In this document: piece after piece, positions 38,497 to 52,158 of the stretch
How the letters are laid out: every line of letters starts with the position of its first letter
How positions within the stretch are numbered: position 1 is the first letter of the stretch
Source of the DNA: Paraglomus brasilianum
Taxonomy: Eukaryota
Assembly (NCBI GenBank): GCA_910592345.1
Contig: CAJVPI010000060.1
Location: 1-63,490 of the forward strand
Reading direction: 5' to 3'
DNA length: 63,490 bases
Program-made: the position numbers and the translations under genes
The notes under the pieces: generated by a model
What the model was told of the DNA's origin: nothing
What the model saw: only the letters and a program-made list of their open reading frames with translations
Databases searched by the model: none

Positions 38497-39746
38497 ATGT
38501 TGCAGCTTGTATTCAGAAACCAATGCATCCAATGTGTCATAAATGTTATGCCTAATTCTGTTTTTTCTTTTTGATTAAAAAATAGAATGCAGAAGTAACA
38601 TTTGAATAACACCGGCATCTTTATGTGTTAGCCTTATTGTCATACCAATAATAAACATGCGTTTATGCATTTATACGCCTGTACTCAATGTTTATGCCCA
38701 TCGTCTCTTTGCTACTACTACGCAGTTTCTTTAAAACTTGTTTGCCCTGTCGCACATGGCGAGGGATTGTTCGTGATTGGTTAACCAATGAAACCATCAA
38801 TGGAAACCAATAATTGTAACTTGCTTGCAAAATTTAGGTATTGTTCGTTGCCAAAAAATTTAAGGCGATCAGCTTAGTCGGGCCGATCGTCGCCATTTCG
38901 GAGAATTAGGTTCCGGGTTCATCTTTAAAGTTGATTTGCAGTTGTTTATTTTCATAGCGCAAAACCAATCGATTAATCCGTTCACAACGTGCATAGGGGT
39001 GCATGTATATTTTAGTATTTCCAAGGGGTAACTTCTTGTCGATAGGCTGAGTATACACACACGTTACATTGTCAGACTGTATTATGTCTAATAAGCTAAC
39101 AATTGTAAGCAAATGTAATATGGACATTTAATATCTATACATATTTGACTTGCTGCGTGTCAATCATTTCGCTCGCGAATACTCAGTCCATGTAGTGTAT
39201 TGTATGACTGCATCCCCTTAAAATCGGGGGGAAGCTTACATGGTTTAATTAGCGCAAGAATGAAGAAACAAAGAATGTTAATACATAAAAGCGCGTAGTA
39301 GCAGCAAATTTCCTCGGTATTTTACGTTTAATTTACAAAACTATCGACATTACAAATTGATTGGTCATAAGCAGGTACCTTAGTAGTATTCTTTGTATAA
39401 TTGTTGAATTGGTTCGTACCCTGTTCTTCATCCTCTCCCCCTTCACCTCCCACCAATTTATATATGTTATTATCGTTATGCAATTACACGTGATTAGTGA
39501 TATGCAAAAGTAGTAATTAGCAATAATATAGTCCGTTTGATTGATAATAGTAATAATAAATACCCAATGGTTTATGGTGTCACTTAATGTGAACTATGAC
39601 AGTGTGGCTAAATTAGTACCTATATTATGCTCAGACAATTAAATCTGTCGCACAATTTTTCGAACTCTCCTCAGCGCAGGACAACTAAAAATCCTAAACA
39701 TCCCACACCACACTCATTTGCTGTATCTAACAATTTAAACGTAATC

Positions 39747-42700
39747 ATGTCTAATGAACGAGAGAAACGAGCAAGACTTAGGTATTGTACCACCCGATTA
39801 CCCAATCCTATTTAATTCCGTTAAAATTATTCTTACTACTACTGTTTTCTCTACTGTAGCCATGCCTGCGATCGTTGCAGAAAAAGACACGTCAAGTGTG
39901 ACGGAGACTATCCTGTTTGTGGAAATTGCAAGTCAGCTAGCGGAGAATGCAGCTACAGCCATCCTGGAAGCAAGAGGGGTTATGCAGAGACTATAGACGA
40001 TAGACTGAGCAAGGTATGTGTGCAAACAAGTGAACAGTAATTATGTGCAAGAATACTAGAATGTTTACGATCTATTGTCGCCTAATAACACTTGCATCTT
40101 CGCTGCTGATAGATTGAAAAGGTACTTACACGATTTTTAGAAGGCACAGACGGTCAAGAGAACCCCCAGCCTGAAACAAATACTAACTTGATGAAAGACA
40201 CGCCGGCAGCGACTACTTACCACATGGTTGTTGAACCAGACAGCAATCAGAACTTGAAGTCTATCCTAGAACAGATGTCTGCCTTAGACATTGGACAGGA
40301 TTTCTTGACAAAGACCGGACAACTGCTTCAACATCCACCATCACCACCATCGCAACCATCACCACCATCGCAACCACCATCGCAACCACCATCGCAGCCT
40401 CAATCGCAACCTCAATCGCAACCGCAATCTCAATCTCAATCTCAATCTCAATCTCAACCGCAATCGCAACCGCAATCGCAACCGCAATCACAGTCGCAAC
40501 CGCAAACGCAGGAGCCTGCTCTGCCTCCAATGGATAAAATCAGAGGACCAAAAGTCTTGCCGCCAAAAGACTTGGCAGATACTTTAATTCAGTCATTTTT
40601 AGATAACGGCTATTCTTTTCTTATGCCCATAATACATAAACCGACGTTTCTCAAACAGCTCAAGGACAAGAACAATCAACCTTCTTTACTATTGCTAAAT
40701 GCTATATTCGCTTTGGGCAGTCTTTTATGTGACGATCCACGCACGCGGTATGAGAACAACCCTAATACAGCGGGTGAAATATTCTATCTTCGAGCGCTAG
40801 GTATGGGTTCATTGATGGGCTGGTTATTATTTGATGGTCTATTGCGTATTTACCCATTCGCTAACTCTGTTGCTTCCAACTTTGATAGAGTTGTTTGATG
40901 ATTTTCTAGATGCACCCCGATTATCGACAATTCAGGTATTTAGTGCAGGCGACCGTATGTGACGATGTAAATTTAAACTGATTTTTGTTTTGCACGACTT
41001 TTCCAAACAGGCTATTCTTATTCTTTCAAATTATATTATAAAATCGGTAAGTAAATGCTCATCGATGCAGTTAATCTTCATTGCGATCACAACTATTAAT
41101 AACGACAATCGCCAATTGCCAAGCAATAGTCAATATCTGACGTACGATTTACCTAGTCTTACTGATATGTTGTTTTACTACATAGGATCGTAATTCAACT
41201 CGTTTATGGATGTATATTGGAATGGCAATGACTATGTCAACCGACCTTGGGCTATATAAAGATTCTCATGATTTACCCATAAATAGAGTGGAGAAAGCGA
41301 TGCGCAACCGATTATTCTGGGCAACGTTCTGCGTTGAAGTTATCTCATACGCATGCTTCAGGTATTTTATTGAATTTAATGCTTATCTTAAGCCCCTTAT
41401 AGAATTATTTAAACATCCAAATACGTCTCCTCAAACAGAAAACCTCTCCCTATACGCGATTTTGTTGATACTCGACTACCATACGAAATAGAGGAAGACG
41501 GGGATGATGCAGACGAGATAGTCAGATTCATGTACCTTGCCAAACTAATGAGAATATTTGCCAACGTATTGCAATCACGTCCGTACCTCTCTCAAACACT
41601 TAATATACGCAATACTCTTCCGGCACTGGATGCTACATTAAATTCGTGGCTTTTAGGATTGCCTGAAAAACTACAATGCAGCGTACCCGCGGTGGGAGAC
41701 CCTGATCCGAAGATCATTAGCCCATATGTTGCTTCTCTTCATCAAATGTACCACACCGCTCTCATACACGCACACCGGCCATACATTGGATCAGACAAAT
41801 ACCCAAACATCCTATCGAAAGAAATATGTCATAAATCGGCTATAATAATCACTAAATTAGGCAGCTGCTTGCCCGCTACAGAGAGAGGTACTTATTTGAG
41901 ATATAATCATAGTGCATGGAGTATGATGACGGCATCAATGGTCCATATGGCAAATATGGCTGATCCAGAATTGTCTCTCCATGGAGATACATATACACAA
42001 TTGACATTACATCAACTAAAGGCAATGGGTGAGAACACACGTCTAATTGGTGGGAACTGTGGCTTGGATGGGACAATAAAGGTACTAGAACAATTATATG
42101 AGGATGCCCAGAAATCTCTAGGAAGACAGGAGACGGCGAGTGAAGCGGACGAGAGCAGGAGCACGATTAGTACAAACAGTTCGAACAACTCGAGTAGCAA
42201 TGACAGTAATCGTAGTTATAATTCTAGTGGTAGATATGAAGATGTGAAAACAATACCAACGCCTCCTCCATCAACCATGCCAGACTCTGGAGACACTGAT
42301 ATGTCGTTGCCACCGGATGCTCTCAAGACTGAAAACATGATAGATGCTAATGAGAATATATTGAGCTCAGATTCAACTTCTCCCATAATAATGATTACGA
42401 AAACCGACACCACATCTATCGCAGCAGATGCAAATACGTCACAAGTACATCCTCAAGGACAGAAAAGAGAACAGGTTAGAAGGCAATCAGCGCGACAACT
42501 GAACCAGCAACAAAATCAGCGACCACAGCGTGCTACGCCGCCAGAACAGCCACAATCACAAGCACAGGCACAATCCCAATCCCAATCCCAAGCACAATCC
42601 CAAGCACAAGCACGAGCGCGAGCGCAAGCACAAGCGCGAGCGCAAGCACAAGCACAAGCACAAGCACAAGCACAAGCACGAGCGCAAGCACAAGCCCAAC

Positions 42701-43581
42701 CACATCCTTCTTATTCATATTCGCCTCATCTACCTCATCAATCACACAGCGCCTCGCAGGCACAACCTCAACCAAGAAGACAACAAAATTATGCTCATGC
42801 TCACTATTTATCAATAGGCCCTACTGATTTAAAGACTAACCCGACTCCGGAACCGTCTCCTCATTTCCCACAACATCACCAATACCGTGAATACTCTCAG
42901 TCGCAAGTATCCAATGCTGACATTTCCGGTCACCTTGCGAATCTTCCAGTGAGTCCGCTGGCACTCAATGGCATGGCGCCGATGTCTGAAGCACCAATTG
43001 TTCCGTCTTCGCAGGACTTTATCACTAATAACAATGGAATGGAATATTCTACTCAGAGAAACGATCCGTATTGGGAAGTAAATTGGAACATGGAAGATAA
43101 TCATTCCCAGGCGTCCAATACAGTTCAGCATGAAATAAATTATTCATACAATGGTTATAATCCGACATCTCCGCCTATAACTTCGCCTCCAGGAGCTACC
43201 AGTACATTGGCGGCAATGGCGACGGTGGCTAATCATTCTCAAATTCATCCTGACCAGGCCTTCTTGATCTCTGACTCTGCCGGAGGACCAATGCTGTTGA
43301 GCAATTCTATCGTGATGAGTATAGATGGACACGCACATATAATGGGAAATTCACCAGAAAATGCAAATAGAAGGATAAATAATCAGAGTGGCGAAAGAAA
43401 TCCGAATGGGAGAGGATTCGGAACTGGGCATAATGGAGGGATAGATAGTTTTTCGAATCCAATGCCGAATGGACAAATACAGCACATACAGTCGAATGGA
43501 CAAATACAGCATGTACAATATCATAGTATTGTTACACAAAGTGAAATCGAGACAAGTGACCAGGGATGGAATTACAAATAA
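39747..43581 (+). CDS. Zn(II)2Cys6 transcription factor with a fungal-specific TF (middle homology) domain
   Basis: Exons 39747-39781, 39860-40013, 40113-40800, 40889-40935, 41011-41046, 41186-41361, 41439-43581 splice in frame. Motifs ACDRCRKRHVKCDG..PVCGNC......C, PIIHKPTF, LLLNAIFALG, W.Y.G.A..M..DLGL and R.RLFW; Q/P/A-rich tracts. Confidence 0.95.
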
Positions 43582-44113
43582 ATATAAATATATAGAGAGA
43601 GAGCGTATGTGATTCATAGTAATTTAACCGTTTTTTAGCAGATTGTTTTGCAGTGAATTCTAATATGGGAATCCTGTATTAGTATACCGATAATTCTTGA
43701 TACGTTCGTTCATGTATTTATGTATAAATTGCTCGTATATATTCAACTTGTTCTCTTAATGTTTGTATATTTTGGTTCCTTGGTATTCTGTATTTATGTT
43801 AATAGCGTAAAACTTCTTTTTTAGTAACATTTCTCCTAACAAATCAAAAAAAGTGGCGCTATTTTCTTATAGTGCAGGCGTTGCAGTGTGTATTGGTATT
43901 ATGAGCGTAGCTTGCTTCATTCATTTGAAGATGACAGTCGAAAAGTGGGAGGGATCATGGACTTTATTGATTTGGGCGTGGAATTAACATCTGTATAAAA
44001 TACACGTTGAATTATTGTTAATTAAAAAAAAATATAAAAATATAAACCAATGTTGGATAAATAATAAACCATACATACTCAGAAACGTAATGGCAATACA
44101 ACAATTGCCTTTT

Positions 44114-44332
44114 TTAATTGTTATTACCACTATTATCACTATCGCTTCCCTTCTTTCTTTTGAGAATACCAGCGCATGCGGCATCTTCCTTATCTCTGTG
44201 TTTCTCACAACACTTTATAAGGTTAGCTATCACACCTTGGCATCTACTTTCTTGGTAATCGTTTGCTGATAAGCATGCTTGAATGGCGCACGCAGCAGAG
44301 TGACAAGGTGATGAAGACTTGGTTTTCCTCAT
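44114..44332 (-). CDS. CMC4: Mitochondrial Cx9C-motif protein (Cmc4/MTCP1 family)
   Basis: PCHSAACAIQACLSANDYQESRCQGVIANLIKCC matches the Cmc4 cysteine pattern; the start codon is uncertain. Confidence 0.85.
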   Translation of the reverse strand: MRKTKSSSPCHSAACAIQACLSANDYQESRCQGVIANLIKCCEKHRDKEDAACAGILKRKKGSDSDNSGNNN

Positions 44333-44763
44333 TAGTAACATCAATGTTTGAAGGTTTGTAATCAAAAAACAAACATGCAGTAGTTTCTATGTCTTGCTCC
44401 GAAATAATTGGTCGTTTCTGTTTCTTTGTGTTGTTGCCTGAAGCGGAAGTTGGACAAAAAGACGAACAAGGCAAAAGAACTGACTGATATACCGTAGTAT
44501 CAAAGAAGCACGTGTTCTGATGTTTATGCTAAATCAAGGATAAATCTCATTGGCCAAAAATTCTGCACGTAGCAAAAGATTTTATTCTTTTACACGACTA
44601 CCGTTCGTGCCAGGAATGTTATTGTTTCGCCATTGAATTGGTCCTTTTTTTACATTTCACAAACGAATTGCGACCAAAGAACGCGCCAAGATCGCAAGTG
44701 ATGGCGATTTTTAAAATGTTCTGAGTGAGGTATCGAGAAAAACAGAACTTGGAAGCGCTGATA

Positions 44764-45000
44764 TTACCAAACTTTGAGCCTCGTCAAATCGAAGCCAGAA
44801 ACACCCAAGGCAATAATTTCCGAGTCCTTCTTGATACAGTCACAAATTTTTTGCTCTGATTCCTCCTTTTTGATCCAAAATATTACCGTAAGTCCATTTC
44901 TCGACAGGCGTGAGTAAAGTAAAAATCCATCATAGAGTGAAATGGTGTACTTGGATGCATCTCGCTTATCAACAGTAACTCTACAGAAACTTGTTATCAT
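44764..45000 (-). pseudogene. Possible Crinkler-like (CRN) N-terminal fragment
   Basis: MITSFCRV...CIKK.....FDLTRLKVW loosely resembles the CRN ubiquitin-like N-terminus (LFC.V...IK...L.LW); no continuation found. Confidence 0.3.
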
Positions 45001-45197
45001 GATGAGTTTTTAAACAATCTCGTGATGAGATCATTCCTTTTTTTTTTTTTTACATGCGTTTGATGATGCAAAAAATGTGTTCACAGCCACACTGAGCTGC
45101 ACAATTATATTATTAATAATCGATGTATAATAATTAACCCTTTTGGGCAATGTTACCATATGGTTGTCTAAATATAAATTAAGCAAGAAAAATGTTG

Positions 45198-45803
45198 TAC
45201 AAAAGCAACCCGTTATAACGAACCCTGTTATAACAAATATCCCGTTGTAACGAAGAATTTTCAAAAACCCCATCCAATCATATAGAAATTACCCCGCTTA
45301 ACCGAATTTTAATATGAAATCCTTTGTTGCCCGTATCCGAAGATTTTTTTTAGAACAAGTATAACAATTTTCCGCAGTAACCCGAATTAACCGAAGATCA
45401 TCCTTTGTTAACCAATAAAAATGCAGTATAAAGACTGATAACATTTATTGCACAGGAGGAAGATAACTTGAATCTCAGCATGACCTTTTTTTCGCGTGAA
45501 TTAAACAAGATAAACAAGAATTTACGCAAAACGATTAGCGATTCGAAGGTTCAAACTAATCTTGGCGACTTCTTTACAATTAATTGACCGATTTGTAATG
45601 TTTAATGCGTCGAGTAATAAAGCGAATTAATTTTTAGCTAAATGCGCATTTATTTAATATTAATTATGCTTAACCGAAGGATTCGGTATCATGATATATA
45701 TAACCTTCGGTTAACACGAATGACCCCGTTATTCCGAAGACCCCGTTGTACCGAAGGAAAATTCCCGGACGGACACCTTCGTTATAACGGGGTTGCCTTT
45801 GTA
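45198..45803. mobile_element. pogo-like MITE (606 bp)
   Basis: TIR TACAAAAGCAACCCGTTATAACGA / TCGTTATAACGGGGTTGCCTTTGTA with subterminal CCCGTT(A/G)TA repeats. Confidence 0.9.
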
Positions 45804-46289
45804 GTTAAGGGCATCTATTATGATAATACTGGTGACTTTTTATAAATATAGTACGTAAAAAAACTGTTAGTTGGACAATTGTATCAGTGCAGACTACGAT
45901 ATCATCACTATCATAGAGATCAGTTTAATTAAATATATACGCGTGGTTATCGGACTTTTTAATCGATGAAAATTTTTACCCGAATGTTATTGTTCTTATT
46001 TACGGAAACAATCGTGACAGTCGACAATATGATGTAATAATGTGTTACACTAAGCAATATATCAATATCCGTTTATGCTTTACTATTGGTCGACAGTCGC
46101 AGACTCTCACGCTCCTTCTTGCATAGATAACGACGTTTATACTTATGAGGTCGCGTACGACAGTTCATCTAACACGCGAACATGCGTCTACTCATATACA
46201 CATACATACATACATACATACATATACCCAGACGCTTCTCTCCATCGCACATGTATCGCCTCACAACAACCTCTCCTCCTCCAAAGCAC

Positions 46290-47360
46290 AACGTTATCGA
46301 AAAGTCAATACACAACGCAACAAACCTTTGCCGCTATTACTCACATACGACACTTTGCTATACAATTCACGAACAAGTATTCAAAACACACGTAATCGAT
46401 ACTCATATAAACACATATATATCCAAACGCTACTCTTTTCGCGATCAGGAAAAAGACGTTTGTGATAACACATTATGGAGAAAACAAGGCATGTGGATGG
46501 TTTGACATGTTCCGTTTGGGGCCGGGTGTCGTATTCATTGAAGTATAGTTCTTTGGGTTGATGCGTCCTTTAACGTGGTTCGTTCAAACTCACTCCCATT
46601 CATAGACGTCTGGCATGTTCTGTTGGGGCTCGTACGTCCTTTAAACATCGCATCGTACAGACTCGCTCATTCATGGATAGTTTGACATGTTCCCGTTTGG
46701 GACTTGGTCGAAGTATAGTTTTTTGGGTAGCCCCGTACGTCCTTTAAACATGATTCGTTTACTCACTTCCTTGTTAAGAAATTCGTTTCTTACCTTTTTT
46801 TTTTATTATTATCTAGAACAATCGAATTAAAGCGCTATCTAAAAGTTGAATTATACAACGCAACAAACCTTTGCCACCGCTCCATACGACAGTTCACTAC
46901 AAACGACGACTCGGTTTATCGACCACATAACCGGCGAAAGAGTTTGCGCAAGAACCCCTCCATGCTAGTGTATGACGACAATCTTCGATTTTGACCAGTG
47001 AAAAAGGTTTATGATGCTACATTGCATCACATGTGAACTGTTCTATTTTAGCAAACAATCTGTATGTGGCTGTACAATTTGCGAGAAACAACAAGAGGCT
47101 AATGTTCGAATCCTTAACAACATAAATCTTTTACCAAGGTATTTTACACACAAACAATCGATATTTCCTGAAGAGCAAGCCATGAAAAAATTTCGTTAAT
47201 CCTTCTGCGATCAGGAAAAAGACGGGTGTCTTATTCATTGAAGTATAGCTCTTTGAGTAGCCTCGTTTGTCCTTTAAACATGATTCGTTCAGACATACTC
47301 CCGTATTAAGAAATTCGTTTCTTACTTTTTTTTTATATTACGTAGAACAATCGAAGTAGC
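46290..47360. repeat. Imperfect local duplication with nested sub-repeats
   Basis: ACAACGCAACAAACCTTTGCC at 46312/46855, GCGATCAGGAAAAAGACG at 46441/47207, TTAAGAAATTCGTTTCTTAC at 46774/47306. Confidence 0.85.
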
Positions 47361-49474
47361 GCAAAGGTAGAAAGCTTAGACTCTTTGGATATGCCAGTCT
47401 TTTGGATTTAATTTATTTAGGCTTGCTTGTTATTACAAAACTGTAGTGTTACGGCTAGTATATATTTTTAATGAGACAGCGATATTATCTATTACGTAGG
47501 CGTGTGTTACCAGCCCTTACTCCGGTAGCTGTACAATTAAGACTGAACTATGCTTCGAGTGACCTATAAATGATTATTCGCGCGTTTTATTACTCCCTAT
47601 ACGATGTAACTTCTGCTCGTATCCAAATAGTATCAACAGCAATTTAATAATCGTTGAATCAAAGGAGAATTTGATTTGATTTTTAAATTTAATTCAGAGC
47701 AATCTTCGATTTGGTATTCGACTCGTCAATATTCCTGTCAATTATTATTTATCTTATGAGTTTATCTATGGTATGAGCCTAGGTTGTGTCGATAGGTTGA
47801 TGCTTTCCGCTATTCGCATCAATATCTTTCGAACATTTCCGTTCTAATCGATAGTCCGTATCGTATCAACCCTGGACACTTATAGAAAAATAAAAGTAAT
47901 TTGATTTCAAAGGCTTTTTATTTCAAAAGCTTGCAATTATTTTATAAATATCAATCGGAATTAACTTGATGATTTTTGACGATGGAATTTGATCCGCATT
48001 TATATCTTTTTCGCGGTCATAATTTTCTGCGTATTTATATTTTGTGCCGTGTCAGACTTTAGGGCAACGTCTAAATTTAGAATTAATTACTCCACCGTAA
48101 CAGTAGAGTGTGGCGTGCAGTAACTAGTGAAAGAAATAAATTAACAAATAAATAATAAACAAGCAATGGTAGCCCAGTATTTGATTGGATTCTGGATCCT
48201 GTAATATTCTGTACATAGTCATGGTCATGTAATTATTAACAGAAATGTCTTATGTATTGTCCTTCCATCTATTAAAGCATCATTTTCTACTTAATATTAA
48301 TATTAAGTGCAATGTTCCAGCAACATCTATAAGAATGTCAGGTTAAATTTAGACACTTTTACTGTTAGAATAAACTGTGCATGTACTGTATAATGATCAT
48401 ATTGTGTGATAAGGTTGGAAGAAGGTGGAGTGTTTAAGTATTAATAAGAATGGAAAAGCAGAGAAGCCCATATATACTCTGTTGATTGTTATAGTTAACT
48501 CATTGATCATTTCAACTATGATTATACAAATGATTGAAGTGATATGAATCAATTCTTCTTCAGTTCCCAGGGAAGAAAATGTTTTTGTAATGCATAATAA
48601 TAAGAACAGACTAATATATAATAGCTAGTTCTAACAGCAAACTAGCTCTCTTACAAGCAGAAAACTAAATGACCAGATAGTCAAGAAATTCAATGACCCT
48701 TTAAAATAATAAAGATTATCAAATAATGCTCATAATAATAATGCATTCTCAAATTATAGGGATGGTTTTTGACTTGATTTATGGCATCTGGACATCTCAT
48801 TGTGAGAATGGGATAATAAAAACTGACACCCCCTCGTTTTCCCAAACTATCAAGCAACGTCATTATCAGATTACTCCGTACGACTCCTCCTATTGGTAGC
48901 CGTAGATAGTCTACAGATATAAAACTAACAATCAAAAAGTACTTAACTATATTTCATATTTCATGGAACGGTGATTTTCGTCACTTGATTTTAGCTGATT
49001 GGTATGTTCTTTCCGAATATGATACCCATCAGCCGTAAACATCATTTTGTTAATATTAATATGACTAAACTTATTATCTTATGAAAGCCAAATAAACCAT
49101 CATTGTCTGTATCTTTGCAGCACTCGTAAACATTTGTGATACTCCTCTTTTGGGATATCTGAAACAACTGCCTGAATACCCCTTGTTTCTTATTTTACAC
49201 TTTCAACATCTTTTGCCATGGATTTTATGTCTTCAGTGGAAAACCATTTATTCATGACAGTCCATTTTCGTTTTTACAGGATAGGCAACTACGGAAAACT
49301 GTTAAAGCTTGCACTTAACAGTAACAGAAAAAAAAAATGCAATTGTGGCAGGTTTTTTGTGTGATGTATGTAGTAGTACAGAAAATACAGACTTTATTGC
49401 AGATCCTTGAGACATATTAATATCGATATATTAATATCACCCATTTTGTCTCTCCCCGTAGAAAACCCTGCAAA

Positions 49475-49872
49475 ATGGAAATAAAGTCTTACATTATTAA
49501 AACCCTGCAAAAATTGCAAGCGAAGGTTAACAACACCTCTCCATACTGTAATATTAAAGAAATTGCCCCTGCCGTTCTTACGAAATATATCGACGGATGG
49601 AATTACATCGCCAGCTTTGGACCAGGACCAAACGGGCCGAACTACGAAGACGACGCACATTTCTCGGCGCGACTCCGTTGTCGCCGTTCCAGATATATCG
49701 ACGTAATTACGTCGCCAGCTTTGGGCCAGACAGGCCTCCCTACCGTATACGCGCTGAGCTGGCCAGCCAAAGCTGGAACAACGAGAGTAGCAAAGTCCGA
49801 ACATACTTCTTATTTTTAAGAAGTATAATGAAGGGATTTATAGTCGCACGTCGCAGCCTACAACAGTGGTGA
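49475..49872 (+). CDS. Unknown protein or frameshifted gene with an internal duplicated motif
   Basis: Relatively GC-rich 114-aa ORF preceded by a CCCCGTAG acceptor. The motif YID(GW)NY[IV]ASFGP occurs twice, and the second copy changes frame. Confidence 0.45.
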
Positions 49873-51433
49873 GCATAGTTTACACTATATCGTGATTAGT
49901 ATTTATATTATTTGTTCTCATTTACTAAAAGTCAACTTGGTTTAATTCTGCAGAATAACGTCGTTTAAGAAATTCCTGCTGTGGGCTCTGGGCAGTGGAG
50001 AGTATTCCCGCCAGTGTATGTGGACTGGCAGGGATATAGATGTCAATATTGTGACGGCCGAGTCCGTCACAATCATAAATAGAATCGTTGTTTCGCCCTC
50101 GTTTGTTCTTTTCTTCGTTTCGTTCTTCGTTCTTATTCTTCGTTTTCGTATTTGACGTAAAAAAATTTTTCATTTAATATGCGGACATTTATTCCCATGA
50201 TGTGTGTTAATTTACTTATACTTTACGACAAATACATACAGTCATTGCTTTTCAAGCATACCATGTAGTTCACATGCCATGCTATCACGTCATTCCAATT
50301 AACACACTGTTAGAAGATCCCGCATTTGCAATAAAAAATACTGTTAACAAAATAACTACTTACGTGCTGAACAGTCCCGAACCTTCACATTCACCCGGTC
50401 TCTTCGGTGACCATTAAGACAAAGTTCAAAGACCATTCATAAATCAAAAAATTCTATTGACGAGGACGTTCATTAGCTTAACAAAATATAGAATAATTAA
50501 TGTTATATCAGGTATTATTATTATTATTATTATTAACGCATTTTCTCTATGTATGTTACAAAAAAACGTGGATCGTAGAATTAATAGTTTACAACACATC
50601 CCAACACTTATCTATATGCTCACATTAAACTTTGTTTATTTTTCATATTTTCTTTTTCTGGCTCTGTGGTAAATCAAGACAAACCTTCTCTTGTTTTTTC
50701 TTCGTGTTATCTTCCTTGTCCAACTTTTCCAACTTTGAAAAGTAAGCGGAGTAGTTTTTAAACCGTATCTTTTGATTTTCACTGAATTTTGCCTCTTTTT
50801 CCGTCGAGTGACTTTTTCCAAGGCTCGGTGGATGAAACTGTCTTCAAAACCTGCATAATAGATAAAGAAAAAACAAGCCTTAATTGCTTTGGCAAACATT
50901 TACTTTAGATTTTTCAGAGGTGCTTAGAAATCAATGGAACCAAATAGTAATAGTAATAGAGAAATAAGATTACACCTTTTCAGATTCAGTATAAAAACTT
51001 TAGGATGTGATGAAGACTTTGTGAACAGTGATTTATTGAATTTATTAATAGAGAGAGATGTATACAGAGTATACATCCATCACGAAACCAAAAAATTACA
51101 TTAGAATCATTTTAAAAAGGAACAAAGTGAGAAATTGCTAATAGGTCTTTCGATTATTAATCAAAGGAATGGATTGTTCTATGATTCATGAAGAATGACG
51201 GCTTTGTTTACTCTATGTGAGATCATACTTACGGAATGGCACAAATTTAATTATATAATCGGTGACGCGGTGAGATTATATAATTTTCCGATCCGAGTAT
51301 GAATCAATCGAACATACGCAATCGTGTCACATACGATGGACTATAAATAAAATAAAAACCGTTTCTCATGAAACAGTCTATAACTTTCATCTCCAATCTA
51401 AGCACTAATAACAAGGTCGTATTATACTCCACG

Positions 51434-51658
51434 ATGTCAAAGGGAAAATCGCATATGACCACGCAAGATGCGGCTCGCATCCAGTCCTCGGAAGCTCGCG
51501 CGCACGGCGGAGGGGTTTCATCGGGCTCCTTTGCTGCTAGGGCACAATCAGCAGCAGCCCGTAATGCAAGTACTGGAAAAGTTTCCGGCGGCGGATCTAA
51601 AGGAAGTGGCGGTAGGAGCGGAGGGCATCAAGGAAGTCGCAGCGGCGGAAAGCGCTAA
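51434..51658 (+). CDS. SMP (seed maturation protein/LEA-like) domain small hydrophilic protein
   Basis: MT.QDAARIQSSEARAHGGGVSSGSFAARAQSAAARN followed by a Gly/Ser tail; CTATAAATA near 51341. Confidence 0.85.
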   Translation: MSKGKSHMTTQDAARIQSSEARAHGGGVSSGSFAARAQSAAARNASTGKVSGGGSKGSGGRSGGHQGSRSGGKR

Positions 51659-52158
51659 CAAACAACGCGGATGCGTTATGTTCGAAAGTGTTTGAAGTGC
51701 TCTTGTACGTACGTATATATTGGGAAGCCATGTATTGTTTTAGTTGGCGAATTTCGAACAAATGTATTTATTAGCTTTTCATTATATAGATGGAGACGCT
51801 CATCCTCCAAGTCTCAGTTATTCGTGAATCTTTATTCGCCTTTTGTGTGATATTCAAATATTTGGCTTACCCACGATAGACAATTAAGAATTCGTTATGT
51901 TGTATGTCTGTCGCTCAAAAATAAAGACAATAGCTTAGCTTTGTGGTAGCATGAAATGTCTTTTGTCAATTTGCTCGCATTTGGTTCCCCACTTGTTTCT
52001 TCGTTGATTCGTGTCGTAGCAATTGCAAATGGTAGCTTCGTCAGTGTATCCCAAAAAAGGGTGTGGTCCAACGACGATCAACATACGATCACATGGCATA
52101 ACCAAATGTTTATTTGATATACGATGTGAGGCAATGGTGGTACAGACTTTTGGCGAGA

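Noticed and set aside
40261..43617. Antisense and alternate-frame ORFs (VAIAVEIE.., HKHKH.., VLVLAL..)
   Set aside because: They are shadows of the repeat-rich transcription factor exons.
46075..46505. Three overlapping ORFs of about 106 aa
   Set aside because: Low-complexity CA-rich DNA that is open in all frames, with no protein motif.
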